From contig BTVJ01000022.1 in NCBI GenBank assembly GCA_045863395.1, forward strand, positions 1 through 64,000: 64,000 bases of DNA. The letters run 5' to 3'. Each line of letters begins with the position of its first letter. Position 1 is the stretch's first letter. This document shows positions 50,301 to 59,038 of the stretch, one piece after another. The stretch comes from Myxococcales bacterium (GTDB taxonomy: Bacteria; Myxococcota_A; UBA9042; JABWCM01; BTVJ01). The position numbers and the translations under genes were made by a program. The notes under the pieces were generated by a model. It saw only the letters and a list, made by a program, of their open reading frames with translations. It ran no database searches and was not told where the DNA came from.

Positions 50301-53300
50301 ACGGGGTCTGCGATGAGCTGCGGCTGGAGCCCCGCCGTCCCCTGCGCCGCGCCCGCGCCTTGCGCCGAGCGGTCGGCCCAGGCCTGCACGCGGCCCTCGG
50401 CGTCCGTCGTGACGCCCTGGGAGGCATCGAGCCACAGAGCGAGCCCCGCGAGGAGCGGCGCCGGCTTCGACACGTCGACGGCGATGCTCACCTGGTCGTT
50501 GCCCGGCTGCGCGTCCTGGAATCCAGGCCCCAGCGCGAGGGTCACCGTCCAGGCGCCAGCTCGCGGTGGCGTCCACGTCGCCTTCAGGTGCAGGGTGCCG
50601 TTCAGGTAGAACCAGGTGGTCGGCGCGACGACGTGCGTCCCGAGGCCGTCGGTGGCGCGCCAGGTGACCGGCAGGCCGTAGTAGGAGTCGTTGCCGCCGA
50701 CCGCGCCCGTCAGGGTGACGGTGCCGCCCACCTCCACGTGGTTCGGGCTCGCCATGACCGACGCCGCGAGGACCGCCGCATCGAACGGGTCACCGCTCAA
50801 GCCGCCGGCCCCCAGCGCCCCGAGGGGCGGGCCGCCCAGGGGCACCTGATCCGTGGTGCCCGTGCCCGTGACGCCACCGCCGGTGCCGCTCCCCACCGGG
50901 CCCACGCCGGGGACTGGCGTCCCCGGGTGCACGACCCATGGCGCCGAGGCAGCGCCGTCCATGAACGACACGACGGCGGGGGCGCCGTTCGGCCCGGTGT
51001 AGGGCGGCGCCGCCACCATGGGCGCCGGCGAGCCAGCGCCGCAGTCCACGAGCACCACCTGCCGCTTCGTCACGTCCTGCTCATCGCCCGCCGAAGCCGT
51101 GACCGTCAGGTCCAGCAAGGCCCCCACCTGCTGGGGCATGGGAACGTCCAGGCGCCAGGCGCCATTGCGATCCGCGCGCCCCTCGCCGCTGGACAGGGGG
51201 GCCCCGGCCGACGCCAGGGACCAGGAGACCTGCGCCCCCTCCGCCGCCACGTCGTGGCACCACTGCGCGCCGTCGGACAGGCCCCATGACGAGCGGCCAC
51301 CCGCCGACAGCGTTGCGCCAGCGCACACCTTGCGCGCCTCGGCGGCGGCGGTGCCCAACGACAGCCACTCGGGCGACGCAGCGCCGAGCAGCACGCCCAC
51401 GCTGGCGCCATTGTTGAGCTCGTTGGGCTCGGGCAGCTCCCCGGCCGCATCGACGGTCGCCACCAGCGCGAAGGCGCCGAGGGCCAGCGCAGAGTCCGTG
51501 AGATCAAGCCCGAGGTGAAGAGGGGTCACGCCCGCGTCCAGGGCCGTCTCGACCGTCGCGACCACCTTGTCGACGCCGCAGCCCACCGCGCGCACGTCGA
51601 CCCGCACCGGGGCCACCGTCGGCGCCGTGCCCGTGTTCTCCACCGTCACGATGGCCGCGACCGGCACGCCCGCCGCGTCGCGCTCGAGCGTGAGGCCGGA
51701 GACCAGCAGGTCGTCCGCCCCGATGACGAGCACGGCGGCGGTGCCGATGACGGAGTCGCCGAGCTTGTCCGTTGCGCGGAACAGGAAGGAGTCGGGGCCC
51801 ATGTACCCCGGGTCCGGGACGTAGACGAGCTGCTGGCCGGCGGTGACGAAGGCGTCGCCGTGCGCCGGCGCCAGCTCGATGGTGAACCAGTGGGCGTCCC
51901 CCTCGTCCGCGTCGACCACGGTCGGGGTGACGGGCGCGCTCGGCGTGTCCCGCTGGGTCACGATCTCGGCGCTGGCGGAGCTGGGCGCCTCGTTGGGCGT
52001 ATCCGCGGGAACGACCTCGATGATCGCGCTACCCGAGGTGCTCGCCTTGCCGTCCGAAGCGTCGAAGTAGAGGGTATAGACGCCGAGCTGGTTCTCGCCG
52101 GGGGTCCAGGTCAGGACGGCCGTCCCGTTGCCCGCGTCTGCGAAGGACGCGCCCGCGGGCAGCGGCGTCGCCGCGATGGCGGGCGTCGTGCCGTCCGGGT
52201 CGGTGGCCGTGACCACGTACTCCAGGGTCTCGCCCACGCGGATGCTGCGGCTCGGGGTCGGGCCGAGGACCGGAGCCGCGTTGTCGGCCACCACCTGGCC
52301 CATGGTCAGGGTGTAGGACAGCCCGAGCGGGTTGCCCGTGTCGAACACGTTTATCTTATATAGATAGGACTGGCTGAGCTTCTGCCACTCGCGGGACGCC
52401 CACGCGTTGCGGGAGGACAGCACCTTCCCGTCGCTGCGCACGGCCTTGACGACGTCCTGGGTGCCAAAGAAGGGGTCCGCGAGCTTCAGGTACGAGAAGC
52501 CGGCCGTCGGAGGCACGGTGACCGTCACCGCGCCACCGGCGAGGGAGATGGCAGAGGCGCTCGACACGTCGAGGACCGCCGTGTCCACCAGCTCAGACTC
52601 GTAGACCTTCAGCGCCGTGCCGTCCTGCGCCAGGAAGTCGACGATGGCGTCCCGCCCGGGCAGGTCGACCTGGATGTCCCGGACCAGGGTGTGGGTGTTG
52701 ACCTCCTCGAGCAGCGAGGTCAGCGCCCCGCCCAGGTCGTCCGAGTGGGTGAAGGTGGCGCTGAACTCGATGAACTTGCCCTGGAGCGTGGCGGTCATGA
52801 TCCACTTGGCGATGCGCGCCTCGTTGGCGGGCACGGTCCCGAAGTCCACGAGCAGGCTCGGCGTGGACGGCTTGCCATGCACCTCGCTGCCGATGATCTG
52901 GAACGCGATGAGCAGCCCCAGCTCGTTCTCGACGATCTTGGGCTGGCTGGACTCGATGGCCAGCTTGTTCGCCGCGCCATAGCCCTTGTTGGCGACACGC
53001 ACGCCCAGAGGGAACGGCTCGGGGGGCTCGATGGGGTCGGTGTACGGGTTGTCGCCATGCACCTCGTAGGGCAGGAAGTAGTCCAGGAAGAGCTTGGGCA
53101 TGGGCTTGACGTAGATGCTGTCCGGGACGACCGCCACTTCGCTGAGCTCCCCGCCGATGCGATAGCTCACGTTGGCGCCCACGAGGTAGAGGGTGCCCTC
53201 CTTGGCGGGCCCCGCCGCCCCCGGCGCCGGGATGATCAGCCAATGGATCTCGGCGGCGGTCTGGGGCGCGATGGTGCCCGCTCCCGCCACGTCGCCGATG

Positions 53301-53692
53301 CCCTCCATGGAGTCGAGCACGATGAAGAAGCTCGCCTGCGTGTCGTTGGGGTCGGAGGTGGCGAGCACGGGCTCACCCGCGGCGTTCTGGAACACCACGG
53401 AGACCGCCACGTCGTCGACCGCCAGGCTGGTCAGGCCGTTGTTGATGCGCATGCGCGCATCGAAGGCCTGCCGCTCCAGCGTCACCTCCTGCTCGATCTC
53501 GATGTAGACCTTGGCGCACACCTGAGCGGACGCGCTGGTGGTCCAGAGCGAGGTCGCGAGGAGCACCAGGCTCGTGAGTCCCGCCGCTCGCCATGCCACG
53601 GGGACGCGGTAGCGTGGTCGCCGCCCCTCGACAACGCCGAGCGTGGCAGATCCCCGGGGCCCCGCAACAGACAACGGACTCGAGTCCATCAT
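47312..53692 (-). CDS. Large secreted protein (~2126 aa): uncharacterised N-domain, Ig-like and CARDB-like domains, four LamG/concanavalin-like repeats
   Basis: ATG 53692 lies 8 nt after the upstream stop, with GAGG RBS. Signal ...[24 protein letters not shown]; He_PIG-like (ATDPDG...LPAGASF...LTWTP) and cadherin/tandem-95-like ([21 protein letters not shown]) domains; CARDB-like ([10 protein letters not shown]); four LWLxA...WxDxS...FDGxDD...ELLVYxRAL repeats (~50450-47420). Confidence 0.88.
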
Positions 53693-53700
53693 GACAAACC

Positions 53701-55251
53701 TCACGGCCCGCAAGCCGCGCCACAGAGGCCCTCGGCCTCGGCGGCGCACAGCGCGTCCCACTCGCCGATGCAGCACCAGGGGTCGGCGCCACATACACAG
53801 TCCTGGATCGTGGAGTCGGCGCAGCCGAGCCCACCATGATCGTCGCAGCAGCTCCCCTCGCAGGGCCCGCAGTCGGCGCCACAAGAGACGCAGTCCTCGT
53901 CCCCGTCACACGCGCCATCTCCGCACGACGGCGGGCAGACCCCACAGTCGGCGGCGCAGCTCGCGCAGGACTCCCCAAGGGTGCAGCTCCCGTCCCCGCA
54001 GACGTCGGTGCAGGTGAGGCCGCATCCGATGGCCTCCTCGACGCAGAGGACGTCCCACGCCGTGGCGCAGCAGAAGGGATCGATGGAGCAGACGCAGCCG
54101 GCGACGCTGCCGTCCCCGCAGCCCGGCTCCTCGGCCGGCGCGCAGCAGTCGCCGGTGCAGGGGCCGCAGTCCGCTGGGCAGCCCTGGCAGGTCTCCGCCC
54201 CGCCGCAGGTACCGTCCCCGCAGCCGGCGCAGGCGCCGCAGTCGGACGGGCACGTGTCGCAACCCTCGCTGCCGTTGCACGCGCCGTCGCCGCACGCCGG
54301 GCAGGCTCCGCAGTCGGCAGGGCAGAGGGCGCAGGTCTCGCCGCCCTCGCAGGCCCCGTCGCCGCACTCGGGGCCGCAGCCGCCACACGCCACGGCCTCG
54401 TCGACGCACGCTGCGTCCCAGGCGATGGAGCAGCAGAAGCCGTCGGCGGCGCAGACGCAGGCAGTGATGTCCGGGTCGTCGCAGCCGGGGGGCCCCTCCG
54501 CGCAGCAGTCGCCCTCGCAGTCGCCACAATCCGCAGGGCAGGAGAGGCAGCCCTCGTCCAGGTCGCACTGGCCGTCGCCGCAGCCGGGGCAGAGACCGCA
54601 GTCCTGGGGACAGGTGCCGCAGGTCTCGCCAGGCACGCATGCGCCGTCACCACAAAGGCCCGGGCAGTCCGCGCCGCAGAACAGGGCGGCCTGCTCGACG
54701 CACAGGGCGTCCCAGCCGGTCGTACAGCAGAAGGCGTCCGTCGCGCATACGCAGTCGGCCACCGCCGCGTCGTTGCAGGAGGGGCGGTCGTGGCCCTCGC
54801 AGCAGCCCTCGGTGCAGTCGACGGTCGGGTCCTTGGGCTTGCAGTCGTCGACGTCAGGTACGCCGTCGTCGTCGTCGTCGGGGTCACAGGCGTCGATGGT
54901 GCCGTCGCCGTCGTTGTCGAGCGCTTGGGAGAAGGGCTCCTTCAAGGCGAGCAGGATCAGCGCCTGGACGTCGATGACATTGCGGACGCCGTCGCAGTTG
55001 AGGTCCGCCTCCGCCTGGGTCACCTTGAGGCACGCGGGCGTGGGGGTCCCGCCGGCGTTGGAGAGGACGAGCAGGATCATGCACTGCACGTCCACGACGT
55101 TGGTCAGCTCGTCGTCGTTGATGTCGCCCGGAGGCACCAGGACCGCCGAGGACAGCGGTCGCGGCACAAGGACGAGCAGGGCGAACAGTAGCAGGAACGC
55201 GCACGTGCCGCGTGAGGCTCGGGGCGCGCCCTGGGGGAGCGGTAAGCTCAT
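53701..55251 (-). CDS. Secreted dockerin-like + TSP3 + Cys-rich repeat protein, 516 aa
   Basis: Hydrophobic signal (AFLLLFALLVLVP); duplicated F-hand motifs GDINDDELTNVVDVQCMILLVL and ADLNCDGVRNVIDVQALILLAL; DNDGDGTIDACDPDDDDDGVPD; repeated CGDGxCxxxExCxxCPxDCG and four CVCxxDx(F/W)CCxxxWDxxC units. Confidence 0.82.
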   Translation of the reverse strand: MSLPLPQGAPRASRGTCAFLLLFALLVLVPRPLSSAVLVPPGDINDDELTNVVDVQCMILLVLSNAGGTPTPACLKVTQAEADLNCDGVRNVIDVQALILLALKEPFSQALDNDGDGTIDACDPDDDDDGVPDVDDCKPKDPTVDCTEGCCEGHDRPSCNDAAVADCVCATDAFCCTTGWDALCVEQAALFCGADCPGLCGDGACVPGETCGTCPQDCGLCPGCGDGQCDLDEGCLSCPADCGDCEGDCCAEGPPGCDDPDITACVCAADGFCCSIAWDAACVDEAVACGGCGPECGDGACEGGETCALCPADCGACPACGDGACNGSEGCDTCPSDCGACAGCGDGTCGGAETCQGCPADCGPCTGDCCAPAEEPGCGDGSVAGCVCSIDPFCCATAWDVLCVEEAIGCGLTCTDVCGDGSCTLGESCASCAADCGVCPPSCGDGACDGDEDCVSCGADCGPCEGSCCDDHGGLGCADSTIQDCVCGADPWCCIGEWDALCAAEAEGLCGAACGP

Positions 55252-55561
55252 CGATCCCGTCCAGGTGTGACCGCAGCGCGCAAGACCCCTCCTGGATCAT
55301 CGCGCAGCCGCTCGTCGGGCAATGCAGCCCAGCCTATGCCGGGGCCCGGGCGCATGCAATCACTATTTCCATTGGACGAGGGCCGCCGCGGCCTGACGCG
55401 ACGGAGCCGTGCGTAACCCACACTGGGCCTGCCCCCTCTTCGGTGACAGGCACGCCGGGGAAGCTGTGTCGGCGAGAATTCGCGGGTTTCCATCCGCGGC
55501 AGGGGGGCGTATGCTCGCGCGCGTTCGACGGTTGGCCAAGACCACCACAGGAGACGAGAAC

Positions 55562-57532
55562 ATGGCAAGACACTGTGCGTGCGCCCTCCTGGCGCTTGTG
55601 CTCGCCGCCGCGTGCGGCGACGACTCCGTCACTCCGAGCGCGGGTGGCGACGACTCGGGCGGCACACCGTCCTTCGACAGCGGCCAGCTCCCGTCCGTGG
55701 ACGCCGGGCCCACGGACACCGGCACGCCCGACACCGGAGGGCCCGACGTGGCCGAGGTGCCCGACGTCGTACCGGACGCCGGCAAGCCCGACGTCAGCGC
55801 CCCCGTCGACACGGGACCGGCCGACACGGGCCCGCTCCAGGGGATCTGCCTGCTCAACAACTGCAAGTCCGACCAGGAGTGCGCGGGCTGCACGGCGGGC
55901 CGCACCACCTGCAAGATCGACGAGGGCCGGTGCATCGCCTGCGACCCGACCACGCAGACCGGCTGCAAGGACGGCGAGACCTGCACGAGCTTCGGCATCT
56001 GCGCGCCCGTCGTGCAGACCTGCGCGACGGACGGCGGCGGCAACCCCCTCGTGTCCTGCGAGAAGAACTCGGACTGCGCGGCGTGCAGTCCGCAGCACCA
56101 GGTCTGCGATCCGGCGGACGGCCAGTGCAAGGCGTGCACCGCCACGAACACGAGCCACTGCCTCCAGACGCAGATCTGCGTCGAGGGGCGCTGCGCCGAC
56201 AAGTGCCCGAAGGCCTGCCTCGTCGATGGCGACTGCCAGTGGTGCGGCACGGCGGAGAAGCCGGCCAAGGGGTGCTTCCAGCACCAGTGCGCCCAGTGCT
56301 CGGAGACCTGGCCCTGCCCCCAGGGTCAGGTGTGCGAGGCGGGCAACTGCATCAAGCCCTGCGGAATCTATGGCTCGCCCGGAGCGTGCCAGACTGCGGC
56401 CGAGTGTGCCTGGTGTGGGGGCAACGAGGGCGATCCCGGGGCCAAGGACGCCTGGGACTGCAAGTTCCCAATCAACGGTGCCACATATGGCGTCTGCACG
56501 GCCAAGGCAGCGGGGTGCAGCGATCTCGGCGCCGGTGTGGCCGTGCTGCCGGAGCCCTGGTCACAGGGGACGAACCTCTGCTCCGGCGACGGTGACTGCG
56601 CTGGGGTCGGGATCCAGTACAACGTGGGCAAGCTGGTCAAGGACCTGATCGGCTCGGACACGCTGGACCTGGGCTTCGCGGAGCTGACGGTCCAGGACGC
56701 CAACGTCGAGTACGGCATGAACGCCTGCGCCTCGGTCAACATCCTCGGAGACATCGACTGCGGCGTCTGCGTGCCCTGCCGCGTGGACCAGGACTGCAAG
56801 CCCATCGGGGTCGACAAGCTGGCCTTCGACCTCTTCAAGGGGGAGGCGCTGGCGCAGATCGCGGCGGCCTTCCTGCTGGACCTCTTGTACGGCAAGGAGG
56901 CGGACCAGAACCTCAACTTCCGGTGCCAGTCCGTGGCGGCCGGCTACGGCGTATGCATCCCGTGCGGCAACCCCCTCAAGGCCTGCGGCAAGAGCGACGA
57001 GCCGCCTCCAGGCAGCGGGAAGTGCGAGCACGAGGTGTGCGCCACGGGGACCCCGCTGGACCCGAGCTGCGGCGCCTGCGCCAAGGCCGTGTGCAGCGCG
57101 GACGCGTACTGCTGCACGACGGAGTGGGACAACGTGTGCGTCAAGGCCGTGGATCAGCTCTGCACGACGACCTGCGGCGGCGGCGGCGGCAGCAAGTGCG
57201 ATCACGGCCCCTGCGAGCAGGGCGGACCCATGAGCCCGCAGTGCAGCCCCTGCGTCGAGGTCGTGTGCAAGGAGGACCCGTACTGCTGCAACCAGGCGTC
57301 AGGGGCATGGGACAACCTCTGCGTCGACCGCGCGGCGAGCAAGGCCGAGTGCGCGAGCCAGTGCCAGGGCGCCTGCGCCCATGACGAGTGCAGCGCTGGC
57401 GCGGCGCTGGTCTCGAGCTGCTCGACCTGCGCGACCAAGGTGTGCGCCGGCGACCCCTTCTGCTGCTCCACGGAGTGGGACTCGTGGTGCGTCGACGGCG
57501 CCAAGGGGGTCGTGGAGTGCGGCTGCCAGTAG
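55562..57532 (+). CDS. Very Cys-rich lipoprotein, ~656 aa
   Basis: ATG 55562 after AGGAG; lipobox VLAAA-C; Asp/Thr/Gly/Pro linker; many Cys modules; three C-terminal CxHxxCxxG...VCxxDx(Y/F)CC...WDxxCV repeats. Confidence 0.85.
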   Translation: MARHCACALLALVLAAACGDDSVTPSAGGDDSGGTPSFDSGQLPSVDAGPTDTGTPDTGGPDVAEVPDVVPDAGKPDVSAPVDTGPADTGPLQGICLLNNCKSDQECAGCTAGRTTCKIDEGRCIACDPTTQTGCKDGETCTSFGICAPVVQTCATDGGGNPLVSCEKNSDCAACSPQHQVCDPADGQCKACTATNTSHCLQTQICVEGRCADKCPKACLVDGDCQWCGTAEKPAKGCFQHQCAQCSETWPCPQGQVCEAGNCIKPCGIYGSPGACQTAAECAWCGGNEGDPGAKDAWDCKFPINGATYGVCTAKAAGCSDLGAGVAVLPEPWSQGTNLCSGDGDCAGVGIQYNVGKLVKDLIGSDTLDLGFAELTVQDANVEYGMNACASVNILGDIDCGVCVPCRVDQDCKPIGVDKLAFDLFKGEALAQIAAAFLLDLLYGKEADQNLNFRCQSVAAGYGVCIPCGNPLKACGKSDEPPPGSGKCEHEVCATGTPLDPSCGACAKAVCSADAYCCTTEWDNVCVKAVDQLCTTTCGGGGGSKCDHGPCEQGGPMSPQCSPCVEVVCKEDPYCCNQASGAWDNLCVDRAASKAECASQCQGACAHDECSAGAALVSSCSTCATKVCAGDPFCCSTEWDSWCVDGAKGVVECGCQ

Positions 57533-57844
57533 GCTCATCGCTCGCGGACGGCGCGACTCCTCCACCCCCACGCTCCCTTCCACGTCGCGGTCCCCCGACG
57601 ATCTCCGGACCAATGTAGCCGAAGGTCATCATCCCCCCCTTGCGGGTCTCGACGCCTGACCTGATCAGCGGTAGGGTCGGTGCCCATGTCTGGCGCACAC
57701 CCAGGCCAGCGTGCGGGCAGCATTCGGGCACTCCCCGCGCCGGGCCTCTGGCCCTGGCTGCCTCCCGCGCGCCCCCGGACGTGCCGCTCCACGGCGGAGC
57801 GCCATTGCCCGGAGAACTTACCGTGCGCCGAGGGAGTGAACGGG

Positions 57845-58522
57845 ATGAGACGCACACTGCTCGTAGGAGTCCTGGCCCTGGCGATGGGCATCGCAGGCTG
57901 CAAGAAGGAGGAGGCGCCCGCCCCCAAGGGCGGCGCGAAGGCGGCCACCAAGGAGGCGCCCAAGGAGACACCGAAGGGGGAGGCGACCGCGCCGGACATC
58001 GCGTCGAAGAAGGCGGCCCTCGTCGAGGAGAAGGCGCCGGAGGCCACGCCCGAGGAGAAGGCGCCCGAGGCCGTGCCCGAAGAAGCAAAGGCCCCTGAGG
58101 CAGCACCGGCAGAGGCTCCAAAGGCCCCCGAGGCCGCGCCCGAGGAGGCGAAGGCACCCGAGGCCGCACCGGCGGAGGCCCCCAAGGCACCCGAGGAGGC
58201 GAAGGCACCCGAGGCCGCACCCGCGCAGGTCGCCCAGGCCGAGCCGGCGGCACCCGCCGAGGAGAAGGCCCCTGCCGAGGAGGCGAAGCCCGCCGCGGCG
58301 CCGCCCAAGTCCGTGACCCTGAAGGCCAAGAAGGGCGACGTGACCTTCGACCACGGGTCCCACTCCGACGGCTACAAGTGCACCCAGTGCCACGGCGAGG
58401 GCACGCCGGCCAGGATCGGCCTGGACAAGAAGAAAGCCCACGACCTCTGTATCGGCTGCCACAAGAAGGAGGAATCGGGCCCGACCAAGTGCAAGGAGTG
58501 CCACGGCGGCGCTGACGAGTAA
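57845..58522 (+). CDS. Lipoprotein-anchored triheme cytochrome c7 (PpcA-like) with long Ala/Glu/Lys/Pro tether, 225 aa
   Basis: Lipobox GIAG-C; three CxxCH motifs (CTQCH, CIGCH, CKECH) and distal His residues in VTLKAKKGDVTFDHGSH and KAHD, the same layout as Geobacter PpcA including the GPTKCxECH end. Confidence 0.9.
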   Translation: MRRTLLVGVLALAMGIAGCKKEEAPAPKGGAKAATKEAPKETPKGEATAPDIASKKAALVEEKAPEATPEEKAPEAVPEEAKAPEAAPAEAPKAPEAAPEEAKAPEAAPAEAPKAPEEAKAPEAAPAQVAQAEPAAPAEEKAPAEEAKPAAAPPKSVTLKAKKGDVTFDHGSHSDGYKCTQCHGEGTPARIGLDKKKAHDLCIGCHKKEESGPTKCKECHGGADE

Positions 58523-58540
58523 GCCCCAGCCCAACTGCCC

Positions 58541-59038
58541 TCAGGGAGCGGGACGTCTGAGCATCGCCAGCGGGTCCAGATAGCCCGCCAGCCTTGGGTC
58601 CTTTGCCGTGAGCCCGCCGTCGGGGGAGCGCCCCAACCTGGCGGCCAGGTGGAGGTGGCAGGGTCTCTCCGGCGCGTCCGACCCCACGCGACCGAGCACG
58701 GCGCCGGCCTCTATGGGGCCCTCCACCGCCTGGACCTCCGACAGGTGGTCGAAAGCCACGAAGAGGGCGCCGTCTGGGCCCTCCACCCGCAGAACGAGCC
58801 GGCCGTCGCCGCGCCGGGCCGAGGTGACGACGCCTCGCGCGGGGGCCAGGACCGGTGCGCCGCACGACGCAGCCAGATCGACCCCCGCGTGATATCCGCC
58901 GCTCGGGCGGCGAGCGGCGAAGGGCTGAGTGACCTGGGCGCAGGACTGCGCGCCGGCGCCAAAGGGGCAGAGCCACGAGGGCTCCGCCCACGAGGTCGAC
59001 GCGACGCACGAGAGCGCCATGAGCAGCCCCCACCTCAC
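58541..59038 (-). CDS. M23 family metallopeptidase, secreted
   Basis: YHAGVDL (HxxxD), VLAPARGVV, FDHL, VLGRVG and CHLHL (HxH) motifs; GTG 59038 overlaps the upstream TGA; signal-like VRWGLLMALSCVASTSWA. Confidence 0.8.
   Translation of the reverse strand: MRWGLLMALSCVASTSWAEPSWLCPFGAGAQSCAQVTQPFAARRPSGGYHAGVDLAASCGAPVLAPARGVVTSARRGDGRLVLRVEGPDGALFVAFDHLSEVQAVEGPIEAGAVLGRVGSDAPERPCHLHLAARLGRSPDGGLTAKDPRLAGYLDPLAMLRRPAP

Noticed and set aside
53693..53884. Upstream extensions given by the ORF track (53884; likewise 6946, 8045, 12794, 13638, 16753, 20571, 55409, 57680, 59197)
   Set aside because: They overlap neighbouring genes or promoters; the downstream starts have an RBS or gene coupling and give sensible N-termini or signal peptides.
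55355..55371. TGGAAATAGTGATTGCA (minus strand) as a sigma-54 promoter for the RHS operon
   Set aside because: GG-to-GC spacing is 11 nt rather than the required 10.
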